Shown in pieces: positions 9,692 through 19,136 of a stretch of 52,078 nt of DNA. Source of the DNA: an uncultured Collinsella sp. (GTDB lineage Bacteria > Actinomycetota > Coriobacteriia > Coriobacteriales > Coriobacteriaceae); assembly GCA_900547715.1 (NCBI GenBank), contig URHU01000001.1, forward strand, positions 1 through 52,078. Reading direction: 5' to 3'. Numbering within the stretch: position 1 is the stretch's first letter; every line of letters starts with the position of its first letter. The translations under genes were made by a program, and so were the position numbers. The notes under the pieces are model-generated. The model saw only the letters and a list, made by a program, of their open reading frames with translations. It ran no database searches and was not told the DNA's origin.

Positions 9692-10528
9692 CTACAGCAC
9701 GGCGCACAACACTGTCAGCAGCGCCACGCCGGCCGCATAGGCCGCATCGCGCCAGCCAAACCTGGCGCGCGCGGGAGCCAGATACGCACCGGCAAAGCCG
9801 CGGCAAAGCATAGCCTCGTCCATCGCGCGGCTGCATTTCATCGCCTTGATAAAGGTCATGCCCATGATACCCGCGATCGAATCGGTACGCGAAAATCCCT
9901 CGGGCGCACGGCCAACGCTGCGCAGCATGACCGATTCGCACAGATCGTGCGCCGTACGACCCAGCACCTCGATGTGCTTGAGCGCCATATCAAACGTAAA
10001 GATAACTTCGTCGGGTAGATGCAGCATCTTGAGCGCCGCCGACATGCGGCTCCACGTGAGGGTCCACGAAACGCCCAGCACCAGCGACACATTAATGAAG
10101 GTCTTGAGCGCAATCTTGAGCATGGCGCCCATAGCGGAAGCACCCAGCAGCAGGGCAGGCAGCGCCAAAACCACTGCGAGCCCCGCGGCGCCAAGCGCCG
10201 GCACAAAGGTCGCGCGCAGCCCGCGTACGGGACGCACGGCAACGAGCACCAGCGCAATGGCCGCCATCAACATGAGGTACAGCGGGCTTTGTGTCAGGCA
10301 CACGCACAGGACGCAAACGAATATCCCCACCAGGCGCACCGGAGCCGAAACGCAAGAAAGGGCGCGGTCGACCATCGACCCGCCCTCGTGCGCGCCTCCA
10401 CCCAGGCGAACCCGCTCAAGCAGGCTCGCCAGGTGCAGGACGTTCTTTTGCATCACGCGATGACGAGCGCCCGTGGGCTCGTAACGCTGCTCGACCGCAA
10501 GCCAGCTAGGCAGCTCGACCATCGCCAT
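9692..10528 (-). CDS. cbiQ: ECF transporter T component (NikQ/CbiQ)
   Basis: Hydrophobic protein with the two Arg coupling motifs (xLRS and AMLCRGF), located between the M and O genes. Confidence 0.85.
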   Translation of the reverse strand: MAMVELPSWLAVEQRYEPTGARHRVMQKNVLHLASLLERVRLGGGAHEGGSMVDRALSCVSAPVRLVGIFVCVLCVCLTQSPLYLMLMAAIALVLVAVRPVRGLRATFVPALGAAGLAVVLALPALLLGASAMGAMLKIALKTFINVSLVLGVSWTLTWSRMSAALKMLHLPDEVIFTFDMALKHIEVLGRTAHDLCESVMLRSVGRAPEGFSRTDSIAGIMGMTFIKAMKCSRAMDEAMLCRGFAGAYLAPARARFGWRDAAYAAGVALLTVLCAVL

Positions 10529-11591
10529 GGGCTCCGCTTTCCTTGACCGTCAGCGAGATCAGACGGAATGCGATGGTGAGCACCGCCACGCCAATCACGC
10601 CGGACAGGATATACATGGCAGCCTGACCGGCAAAGCCGAGACCCTGCTCCTTGGAATAGGCCTGCAGGTAATCACCCGTAGGCAGAGCGTCGGCAAAGGT
10701 CGGGGTGTCGAGACCGACCGAAGCCTGCAAGCTGTCGTCGCCAGCCTCCTGAACGGCGGTCGCGGCGCCCTCGGCGTCCCACTCACCCCAGGCGTCACCC
10801 GTGGCCAGCAGGCCCAGCGGCGTGGCCACGACAAGCACGGCAACCAAGATGAGCGTGGGGACCAGCGAGGTCTTCTTGGCAGCAGCGCCCTCGGCAGCAA
10901 GCTGTCCATCGGCGGCCTCGGGACCGACGATAACGCCCGGCGCCGTCTTCTTAATGAAACCGTAGATGGCGGCCGTCGCCACGCCCTCAACCACGCCGGC
11001 GACCAGCATATGCGGGATCAACATGGCAGGAATAGCCACGGACAGCGGGAAGGGGCAGTACAGCGGAGCGCCCGAAGCATTCGTGAAGAGCATCGGCTGA
11101 ATACCAAACTCGATTGCCGCGCACAGGGCCGCCAGGCACAGGCCGACCCAGCCGCTCACGATGGCAGAAACCGAGGTGCCCCAGCTCTTGTCGTGCAGAC
11201 GGCTGTTGAGCGCACGAAACACGATAGCAGCGGCAAACGGCAGCACGAAGGCCATGTTAAAGCAGTTGGCGCCAAAGGACAGGATGCCGCCGTCGCCAAA
11301 TAGCAGCGCCTGCAGCGCCAGCGCGACCGAAACGGCAATGGCAGCAGCCTCCGGGCCCAACAACAGCGCGATGAGCGCGCCGCCAACGGCGTGACCAGTG
11401 GTGCCACCGGGCAGCGGAACGTTAAACATCATGAGCAAGAAGGAAAATGCTGCACAGATGCCCAGGAAAGCCATGTGCTCGCGATCGAGCGTGGCGCGCA
11501 CCTTCTTGATGCAGTGGACCCAAACGGGCACCATTGCCACCGCCATGACGGCATCGGTCTGCGGGGACAGATAATTATCTGGAATGTGCAT
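10506..11591 (-). CDS. cbiM: Ni/Co ECF S component, fused NikMN/CbiM-type
   Basis: Metal-binding N-terminus MHIPDNYL, GGTTGH, DGGI motifs and a C-terminal NikN-like domain (GDAWGEW). Confidence 0.9.
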   Translation of the reverse strand: MHIPDNYLSPQTDAVMAVAMVPVWVHCIKKVRATLDREHMAFLGICAAFSFLLMMFNVPLPGGTTGHAVGGALIALLLGPEAAAIAVSVALALQALLFGDGGILSFGANCFNMAFVLPFAAAIVFRALNSRLHDKSWGTSVSAIVSGWVGLCLAALCAAIEFGIQPMLFTNASGAPLYCPFPLSVAIPAMLIPHMLVAGVVEGVATAAIYGFIKKTAPGVIVGPEAADGQLAAEGAAAKKTSLVPTLILVAVLVVATPLGLLATGDAWGEWDAEGAATAVQEAGDDSLQASVGLDTPTFADALPTGDYLQAYSKEQGLGFAGQAAMYILSGVIGVAVLTIAFRLISLTVKESGAHGDGRAA

Positions 11592-11648
11592 GTACGCCTC
11601 CCGGTTGTCGACGCACAGAATTGCAACGCCGCTTAAATCACCTTGTCA

Positions 11649-11676
11649 GTGTTACGCATTGTCAGATTCGTAACAC
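11649..11676. promoter_or_regulatory. NikR-type operator
   Basis: GTGTTAC-N14-GTAACAC perfect 28-bp palindrome just downstream of an extended -10 (TGcTATGAT, minus strand about 11687-11695) of the metal ECF operon. Confidence 0.75.
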
Positions 11677-11839
11677 GCCGCGGGCTATCATAGCAAAACG
11701 GCGTGCTGCCGACAAAGCAGCACGCCGTTATGTAATGCGCGTGTCATATATGCAGGATCAACGGTGCCTTATACCGAACACCGCGGTCACGCAAAGGCCA
11801 CAGCAACCGCCATCAGGCCCTACGCTCCCAACGCAAGCC

Positions 11840-14293
11840 CTATCCGCGGACCTCGCCGTTTACGCCCTTGCATACCTTGGTGACGATCTTCTGGTGCGCC
11901 TTCTCGACCTCTTCGCTGGTGAGCGTATGGTCGTCGGAGCGATACGTAAGCGCAAAGGCCATGGACTTTTTGCCCGCTCCGATGCGGATGGGATCGCGGT
12001 AGACGTCGAACAGGCGCACGCCCTCGAGCAGCTTGCCGCCGGCGCTGGTAATACGGCGCTCAAGATCCTCGCAGGTCACAGCGTTGTCGACCACGATAGC
12101 CAGGTCGTGCTCAACGGCAGGGTACTGCGAGAACTCGCGGTAGTTCTCCTGATTGCGGGCGCCCTTGATCAGCTTGTCCAAGTCGAGCTCAAAGGCAACG
12201 ACGACCTCGTCGATGCCCATGGCCTCGCGCGCCTTGGGGTGGATCTCGCCAACCCAGCCCAGCACGGTACCGCCCGAGAGCACCTCGGCAGCACGACCCG
12301 GTTGCAGGAAGGCATAGCTCTCGCCCTCGACGGGACGGAAGCGAACCTTCTCGATGCGCAGCTGGGCAAGCAGCTCCTCAACGATGCCCTTGCCAAAGAA
12401 GAAACGCAGCTTACGGTACTTCATGCTCCAAGACTGCTCGCTCCACTGGCCCGAAAGCACGCCCGCCACGGACTTGGTCTCCTTGGGCAGACTGGCGTTC
12501 TCGCGACCGTGGAACAGGCTGCCGACCTCGTACAGATGCACGTTGGGCGTACCGTGGGCCTCGTTGTAGGCCACGGACTGCAGCAAGCCCGGAAGCAGCG
12601 AGCGACGCATCTCGGTCTGCTCGGCGACCAACGGGTTCATGAGCACCACGGGGCAACCGCGGCCCTCGGTGGACATGCCGATCTTCTCCAGGTCGCCCGG
12701 GGCGGCAAAGCCAAAGGTCGTGGTCTCGTTGAGGCCGCAGGCGCGCAGGATCTCGTCGACCTTACGAGTGAGCTTCTGCTCGCGGGTCAGACCGCCGATG
12801 TGGTTCTTGGCAGCCGGAATGGTCGCCGTGACGCGGCCCATGCCCCATAGGCGCAGGACCTCCTCGATCAGGTCGATCTCACGCGGCAGGTCGGGACGGA
12901 AGCTCGGCGGCGTGACCATAAAGTCCTCGCCGTCGCGCTCGACGGTGCAGCCCAGGCGGGTGAGCGAGCGCTCGATAAAGTCGGACTCGATGTCGGCACC
13001 GCAGATGGCGTGCACGCGGGCCAGGCGCAGCTTGATGCTGTCGATGGTCTTGGGCGCGGGGAACACGTCCACATAGCCGGGAGCGACCTCGCCGCCGGCG
13101 ATCTCCTCAATCAGCGCGCAGGTAACGTTGGCAACATCCACACAGCCGGTCTCGTCAACCTGGCGCTCAAAGCGAATGGAGGCGTCGGAGATCAGCGAAA
13201 GGTCGCGGCTGGTGTGCGAGGTGCGGCCGGCGTTGAAGCAGGCACTCTCGACCATCACGTCAACGGTATCGTCCTCGATCTCGGAATCCATGCCACCCAT
13301 AACGCCGGCCAACGCCACGGGGCGCTCGCCGTCGGTGATGAGGCCCATGCCGGCGTCGAGCACGCGCTCCTCGCCGTCGAGCGTCGTGAACTTCTCGTCC
13401 TGCTGGGCGGCACGAACCACCACACGACGGTGGCCATCGCGCTCGGCAAAGGTGTCCAGGTCAAAGGCGTGCAGCGGCTGACCGGTGAGCATCATCACGT
13501 AGTTGGTGATGTCGACGATGTTGTTGTGCGGGCGCACGCCCAGGGCGTTGAGGCGCTTGACCACCCAGTCTGGCGACGGGCCGACCTTGACGTTGCGCAC
13601 GATGCGGGCAACGTAGCGGTCGCACAGGCCCTCGTCGGCGATCTCGACGGAAAGCTCGTCGTCGGTCGCGCGGCCGGTCTCGACCTTGATGGCGGGCAGC
13701 TCAACGTGGAAATCGCGGTCGAAGATGGCGCCGGTCTCGCGGGCCATGCCGATCATGGACAGGCAGTCGGGACGGTTGGGCGTGATCTCACAGTCGAGCA
13801 CGGTGTCGCTCGAGCCCACGTACTCGGCAAACGGCATGCCGCAGGGCGTATCCTCGGGCAGGATCATGATGCCGGAGTGGTCGCCGCCCAGGCCGAGCTC
13901 GCGCGCAGAGCAGTTCATGCCCATGGACACGACGCCGCGAAGCTTGCTCTTCTTGATCTTGACGTCGCCGGGAAGCACGGCGCCGATCATTGCCGTGACG
14001 ATGTGGTCGCCGGCCTCAAAGTTCTGCGCGCCGCAGACGATCTGCAGCGGGGCGGGGTTGCCGTCGGCGTCGAGATTCTTGTCGCCCACGTCGACCGAGC
14101 ACACATACATGTGGTCGCTATCGGGGTGCGGGGTCTTGGTGAGCACCTTGGCGGTCACCACGTGGTCGAAGGACTCGCCCACGGTGTCGATTGCCTCGAC
14201 CTCGGTGCCGGTACGGATATATTCGTCCGAAAGGGTCTTAGGATCCTCCGGAATATCGATCATGGTCTTGAGCCAGTCGTAAGAAACGCGCAT
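11840..14293 (-). CDS. pheT: Phenylalanine--tRNA ligase beta subunit
   Basis: MRVSYDWL, IVCGAQN, ITPNRPDCLS, B3/B4 and B5 domains, C-terminal FDX-ACB. Confidence 0.98.
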   Translation of the reverse strand: MRVSYDWLKTMIDIPEDPKTLSDEYIRTGTEVEAIDTVGESFDHVVTAKVLTKTPHPDSDHMYVCSVDVGDKNLDADGNPAPLQIVCGAQNFEAGDHIVTAMIGAVLPGDVKIKKSKLRGVVSMGMNCSARELGLGGDHSGIMILPEDTPCGMPFAEYVGSSDTVLDCEITPNRPDCLSMIGMARETGAIFDRDFHVELPAIKVETGRATDDELSVEIADEGLCDRYVARIVRNVKVGPSPDWVVKRLNALGVRPHNNIVDITNYVMMLTGQPLHAFDLDTFAERDGHRRVVVRAAQQDEKFTTLDGEERVLDAGMGLITDGERPVALAGVMGGMDSEIEDDTVDVMVESACFNAGRTSHTSRDLSLISDASIRFERQVDETGCVDVANVTCALIEEIAGGEVAPGYVDVFPAPKTIDSIKLRLARVHAICGADIESDFIERSLTRLGCTVERDGEDFMVTPPSFRPDLPREIDLIEEVLRLWGMGRVTATIPAAKNHIGGLTREQKLTRKVDEILRACGLNETTTFGFAAPGDLEKIGMSTEGRGCPVVLMNPLVAEQTEMRRSLLPGLLQSVAYNEAHGTPNVHLYEVGSLFHGRENASLPKETKSVAGVLSGQWSEQSWSMKYRKLRFFFGKGIVEELLAQLRIEKVRFRPVEGESYAFLQPGRAAEVLSGGTVLGWVGEIHPKAREAMGIDEVVVAFELDLDKLIKGARNQENYREFSQYPAVEHDLAIVVDNAVTCEDLERRITSAGGKLLEGVRLFDVYRDPIRIGAGKKSMAFALTYRSDDHTLTSEEVEKAHQKIVTKVCKGVNGEVRG

Positions 14294-14360
14294 GTAGCTC
14301 TCCTTTCATATTGAAAGCCTGCGGAAAACAGGCAGAAACTTCAACTTAGAAGCAAGCGCC

Positions 14361-15437
14361 CTAGAACTGGTTGAGGAAGCGCATGTCACCAGTCATCAAC
14401 GTGCGCAGGTCGGGCAGGTCGTAGCGCAGGGCCGCGACGCGCTCGGCGCCAATGCCAAAGGCGAAGCCGGTGTACTTCTCGGGATCGATGCCGCAGTTGA
14501 TCAGGACGTTGGGGTCGACCATGCCGCAGCCCAAGATCTCGATCCAGCCGCTGTGCTTGCAGAAGTTGCAGCCCTTGCCGCCGCACACGTGGCAGCTCAC
14601 GTCCACCTCGCAGCTGGGCTCGGTGAAGGGGAAGAAGTGCGGGCGGTAACGCGTCTTGCGATCCTCGCCAAACATGCACTTAACAAAGTAGTCGAGCGTG
14701 CCCTTCAGGTCGCCAAAGGTGATGCCCTCGTCGACGACCAGGCCCTCGATCTGGTTGAACTGCGGCAGGTGGCAGGCATCGGCCGTGTCGGGACGGTAGA
14801 CGGTGCCCGGGCAGATCATGTAGATGGGCGGCTTCTGCGACTCCATAGTGTGGATCTGCACGCCCGAAGTCTGGGTGCGCAGCAGCACGTCGGACTCGCC
14901 GTGGGCGTGAGCCTCGGGGTGCGCGACGCTGCCGGGGTTGTTGTCGACCACGTAGAAGGTATCGCGGGCCGAGCGGCTCGGGTGATCCATGGGAGCGTTG
15001 AGCGCGGTGAAGTTGTAGTAAGAGGTGTCGACCATGGGGCCGGACTCGACGGTGTAGCCGATGCCGCAGAAGATGTCCTCGGCCTCCTCGATGATTTGCT
15101 TGATCAGGTGCTGGTGGCCGATCTGCGGACGGATGCCCGGCAGCGTGATGTCGACGGCGTCGTGCTCGAGTGCGCGCTTGAGGGCGGCGGCCTTCATCTC
15201 GGTGTTTCGCTCGTCGAGCATGCCCTCGATCAGCTGGCGCATCTCGTTGGCGCGCTTGCCCATCACGGGACGATCCTCGGGGGCGAGCTTGCCCATCATG
15301 CGCATCAAGCCGGTGATACGACCCTTGCGACCGAGCAGCTCAACACGCGCAGCCTCGAGCTTGGCGGCGTCATCGGCGCCTGCGACGAGCTCCTTGGCCT
15401 CTTCCTCGAGTTTGACCAGATCATCAATCAGACTCAT
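14361..15437 (-). CDS. pheS: Phenylalanine--tRNA ligase alpha subunit
   Basis: LLRTQTS, FPFTEPSCE, GCGMV, GFAFGIGAER. ATG at 15437 with AAAGGGAAG RBS. Confidence 0.98.
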   Translation of the reverse strand: MSLIDDLVKLEEEAKELVAGADDAAKLEAARVELLGRKGRITGLMRMMGKLAPEDRPVMGKRANEMRQLIEGMLDERNTEMKAAALKRALEHDAVDITLPGIRPQIGHQHLIKQIIEEAEDIFCGIGYTVESGPMVDTSYYNFTALNAPMDHPSRSARDTFYVVDNNPGSVAHPEAHAHGESDVLLRTQTSGVQIHTMESQKPPIYMICPGTVYRPDTADACHLPQFNQIEGLVVDEGITFGDLKGTLDYFVKCMFGEDRKTRYRPHFFPFTEPSCEVDVSCHVCGGKGCNFCKHSGWIEILGCGMVDPNVLINCGIDPEKYTGFAFGIGAERVAALRYDLPDLRTLMTGDMRFLNQF

Positions 15438-15521
15438 GTCTTCCCTTTCGTCTCTCGCGCATCCACTTGCCGCGGCGGCTGGAGCCACCCGGAGCTGCGG
15501 ATGTGCGGCCCGGTTCGGTAA

Positions 15522-15806
15522 CAAAAAAACCGCCCTCGGGCATGTGCATTGCCCAAGGACGGTTGAATTCCGCGGTACCACCTTGTTTGACCCGGCGGAT
15601 GTCTGGCCCGCCGCGCCCACTCTGTGCCCCTTGTCGCGAGGCTCACGGCTTCCCTACTGGGGCTTCGCCGCCGCTGGCCGCGTGCCCGTTGAGGTCGCTG
15701 CTCGGGAGTGAACGCTTGGCCCTTGTCACCGCAGGAAGGCTCGCAGCCCATGACCTTCCCTCTCTTGCCGGCGACGCGGCGGGCAAAACCCTCTCCGTCA
15801 ACGCAT
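15522..15806 (-). ncRNA. T-box riboswitch (Phe specifier) with intrinsic terminator
   Basis: T-box AACAAGGUGGUACCGCG at 15587-15571; stem I AGAGA and GCUGCGAG elements; specifier UUC at 15712-15710; terminator ACCGUCCUUGGGCA...UGCCCGAGGGCGGU-U7. Confidence 0.93.
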
Positions 15807-15941
15807 TGGGCTATAGGATAACACATTCTGCGTGTGCATCGCCGCGTTCCGTTTTGTTCGCACTGGGTACAAGGCAGGTAGCTGTGCAAACTGGCCGCGC
15901 GCCCACCCGAAGCGCTCGGCTCACGAGATCAAGGATATGGT

Positions 15942-17516
15942 ATGGGAAAGAAACTCGATAAGAAGGCCGAGCCTGCAGCGGGCAAGACATCCAAAGGCAT
16001 GAAGGTCGATAAGGCCGTCAAAAAATTCCGCAAGCTCGAAGGCAAGCTGTGGACTCGTGAGTACCTGCTCAAGATTGCCGAGTTTGACGGCGCGACCATT
16101 GCCCCCGCCAACGGCGCAGCAGCGCGTGCCGACGCCATGGGCACGCTTGCCGGCGAGCATCACAAGCTGCTGACCAGCGAGAAGTCCGTTGAGCTCGTAC
16201 GCTCGTTAGCGCGCGAGACCGTCGCCGGCGGCAAAATCGACGACCCTCAGCTGCTCGACGAGATCCGTGTGCTCGGCCGCGATCAACGTGAGGCCAGTGC
16301 CATCCCCACCGAAGAAGCCGAGGCCTGGACCAGGCTCACCTGCGAGGCGGACGCCGTGTGGCGCAAGGCCAAGGCAGCCAACGACTGGGCGAGCTTTGAG
16401 ACCTATGTGGATAGAATCGTCGCCCAACTTAAGCATCAGGCCGAGCTCATGGACCCCAAGCGCGATCCATACGACGTTTGGCTCGACCAGTACGAGCGCG
16501 GCCTTTCCGCCAAGAGCTTCGACGCGTTTTGCGACGAGGTCAAGGCCACGGTCGTGCCGCTCGTGCACGCCATCGGCGAGCGCGGCCAGCAGCCGGCTGC
16601 CGACTTTTTGCACGCCCACGTGCCCGAGGCTGCCCAGCGCGCCATGAGCTTCGACCTTATGAAGCTTGTCGGCCTGGACCTGGACGACACCACGCTTGCC
16701 TTTACCGAGCATCCGTTTAGCGAGGGCTTTGCCGTGGGTGATGCGCGCATCGCGACGCACATCTACGAGGACGACTGCATCTCCAACGTCTACAGCATCA
16801 TCCACGAGGCGGGGCACACCATGTACGAGCTGGGCGTCAATCCCGCCTACGCGCGCACCTGCCTGGAGGGCGGCACCTCCATGGGCATCCACGAGAGCCA
16901 GAGCCGCTTTTTCGAGAACACCGTGGGTCGCAGCCGCGCCTTTATGGGCCCGCTGCTCGAGGTGCTGCGTCGTCACGCGCCCGAGGTCTACGGCGACGTC
17001 GACGAAGACACGCTCTACCGCGCCGTGAACATCGCGCAGCCGTCGTTGATCCGCACCGAGGCCGACGAGCTCACCTATCCGCTGCATATTATGGTGCGCT
17101 ACCAGATTGAGCGTATGCTGTTTGCCGGCGAGGCTGCGGCCAAGGACATCCCCGCGCTTTGGAACCGCTTTATGGACGAGTACCTGGGCATTCCCGTTCC
17201 CGACGACACGCACGGCTGCCTGCAGGATACGCATTGGAGCGGCGGTTCGTTTGGCTACTTCCCCACGTATGCGCTGGGTAGCGCCTACGATGCCATGTTT
17301 GTGCCGGCCATGTGCCGCGACGGCGTCGACCTTACCGGTGCCTGCGCGAGCGGCGATCTGGCGCCCGTCCGCGCCTGGCTGGGCGAGCACATTTGGCAGT
17401 GGGGCCGCGCCAAAGACGCGCTGGAACTCATCAAGGGCGCCTGCGGCATGGCCTTTGACGCCCGCTACTACTGCAGCTACCTGCAGGACAAGTTCACCAC
17501 ACTGTACGAGCTGTAA
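15942..17516 (+). CDS. Carboxypeptidase M32 (Taq-like)
   Basis: HPF, HEAGH, HESQS, IRTEADE, GYFPTYALG motifs. Confidence 0.95.
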   Translation: MGKKLDKKAEPAAGKTSKGMKVDKAVKKFRKLEGKLWTREYLLKIAEFDGATIAPANGAAARADAMGTLAGEHHKLLTSEKSVELVRSLARETVAGGKIDDPQLLDEIRVLGRDQREASAIPTEEAEAWTRLTCEADAVWRKAKAANDWASFETYVDRIVAQLKHQAELMDPKRDPYDVWLDQYERGLSAKSFDAFCDEVKATVVPLVHAIGERGQQPAADFLHAHVPEAAQRAMSFDLMKLVGLDLDDTTLAFTEHPFSEGFAVGDARIATHIYEDDCISNVYSIIHEAGHTMYELGVNPAYARTCLEGGTSMGIHESQSRFFENTVGRSRAFMGPLLEVLRRHAPEVYGDVDEDTLYRAVNIAQPSLIRTEADELTYPLHIMVRYQIERMLFAGEAAAKDIPALWNRFMDEYLGIPVPDDTHGCLQDTHWSGGSFGYFPTYALGSAYDAMFVPAMCRDGVDLTGACASGDLAPVRAWLGEHIWQWGRAKDALELIKGACGMAFDARYYCSYLQDKFTTLYEL

Positions 17517-17616
17517 GGATTGACCAGCACGCCATCGCCAACGCCAACTATGTTGACGCCAATGTCTTGGCAACGTCAGCGAAAACGACCCTAAGCGAGC
17601 AAGGTGACGTGAAATG

Positions 17617-17646
17617 AAAGGGCGCTGACCTTCTGGTCGCGCCCTT
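17617..17646. terminator. Probable terminator between convergent M32 peptidase and glmM
   Basis: AAGGGCGC..GACC/GGTC.GCGCCCTT hairpin; a second hairpin AGTTACGCGGTTT/AAACCGCGTAACT lies at about 17694-17723. Confidence 0.55.
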
Positions 17647-17721
17647 GAAATTGAACGTCAGATTGCCGCTTAGGGGCGTTTGCAGCGTCGAGCAGTTACG
17701 CGGTTTGGTAAAACCGCGTAA

Positions 17722-19053
17722 CTACAGAGCCTCGAGTGCGTTGGCGATGCGCTTCATGGCGGCATCGGCGGATGCTTGGTCGGGCGCCTCGGCCAGCACG
17801 CGGATAACCGACTCGGTTCCGCTCTTGCGTACGAGCACGCGGCCCTCGCCTGCCAGCGCAGCCTCGGCCTCGGCGATGGCGTTCTGCACGCCCATGTTCT
17901 CGAGCGCGGCGTCCTTGTCCGCCACGCGCACGGCCACCTGCGCCTGCGGTAGCAGCTTGCACGGAGCCGTGAGCTGCGAGAGCGTCTCGCGCTCGGCGCG
18001 GATCACTTCCATCACGCGCAGCGAGGTCATAATGCCGTCGCCCGTGCGCTCGATATCGCCAAAGATCGTATGGCCCGTCTGCTCGCCGCCCAGGCTGTAA
18101 CCGCCCTCGCGCATCTTGGCATACACGTGGCGGTCGCCCACACCGCTGGTCACGGCACTTAGGCCGGCAAGCTCCAACGACTTGATCAGGCCAAAGTTGC
18201 TGGCAATCGTCGGAACCACGGTACCGCCCGAAAGGCGACCGTGCTTGTTCAGGTACACGCCGCACACGTACAGGATCTGGTCGCCATCGACCACGCGGCC
18301 GCGCTCGTCCACGGCCAGGCAGCGGTCGGCATCGCCGTCATAGGCAAAGCCCACGTCCAAGCCCTGCTCCACCACGTGGCGCTGCAGACGCTCCATATGC
18401 GTGGAGCCGCAGTCGACGTTGATGTTAAAACCATCAGGCGCGGCATTGATCACGCGCACGTCGGCGCCCAGCGCGTCGAACACCGGCTTGGCCACCGAGG
18501 ACGCCGAGCCGTTGGCGCAGTCGATGCCGATCTTGACGCCCTGCAGCGAAAAGTTCGCGCTGGCGATGAGCGAGGCAATGTAGCGGTTGCGGCCCTGCAT
18601 GTAGTCCACCGTGGCGCCGATGTGGTTGCCCGTGGCCAGCGGCACCTCGCTCTTGCCATCGACGTAGTCCTCGATGAGCTCCAGTACGTCCTCGTCCATC
18701 TTAAAACCGTCGCTATTGACGAGCTTAATGCCGTTATCGCAAAACGGGTTGTGGCTCGCGCTGATCATGATGCCGCAATCGAAGCAGCCTTCCACGGTCT
18801 GATGCGCTACACCCGGCGTGGGGATCACGTGCAGCATATAGGCGTCCGCACCGCTCGCGACCAGGCCACTCACCAGCGCCGCCTCGAACATATAACTCGA
18901 GCGACGCGTGTCCTTACCCACGATGACGCGCGCCTTGCGCTCGCGGTTGGCGCCGTAATACCAGCCCACAAAACGGCCAATCTTATAAGCGTGCTCTACC
19001 GTCAGCCCAACGTTAGCCTCACCGCGAAAGCCGTCGGTGCCAAAGTACTTCAT
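17722..19053 (-). CDS. glmM: Phosphoglucosamine mutase
   Basis: KYFGTDGFRG, ISASHNP, DGDADR, GGEQTGH, RKSGTE. Confidence 0.95.
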   Translation of the reverse strand: MKYFGTDGFRGEANVGLTVEHAYKIGRFVGWYYGANRERKARVIVGKDTRRSSYMFEAALVSGLVASGADAYMLHVIPTPGVAHQTVEGCFDCGIMISASHNPFCDNGIKLVNSDGFKMDEDVLELIEDYVDGKSEVPLATGNHIGATVDYMQGRNRYIASLIASANFSLQGVKIGIDCANGSASSVAKPVFDALGADVRVINAAPDGFNINVDCGSTHMERLQRHVVEQGLDVGFAYDGDADRCLAVDERGRVVDGDQILYVCGVYLNKHGRLSGGTVVPTIASNFGLIKSLELAGLSAVTSGVGDRHVYAKMREGGYSLGGEQTGHTIFGDIERTGDGIMTSLRVMEVIRAERETLSQLTAPCKLLPQAQVAVRVADKDAALENMGVQNAIAEAEAALAGEGRVLVRKSGTESVIRVLAEAPDQASADAAMKRIANALEAL

Positions 19054-19136
19054 GCGCTCTCCTTACAAAATAGGGGCGAACAGATTGCCTGTCCGCCCCA
19101 AAATGGTACTCGATTATCTGCGCTACCAGAAAAACC

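Noticed and set aside
11592..11835. Cobalamin riboswitch expected before cbiM
   Set aside because: No B12-box or conserved core visible; a NikR-type palindrome was found instead.
17525..17580. CGCCAA-type short repeats after the M32 gene
   Set aside because: Low-complexity and irregular; no spacer structure and no cas genes.
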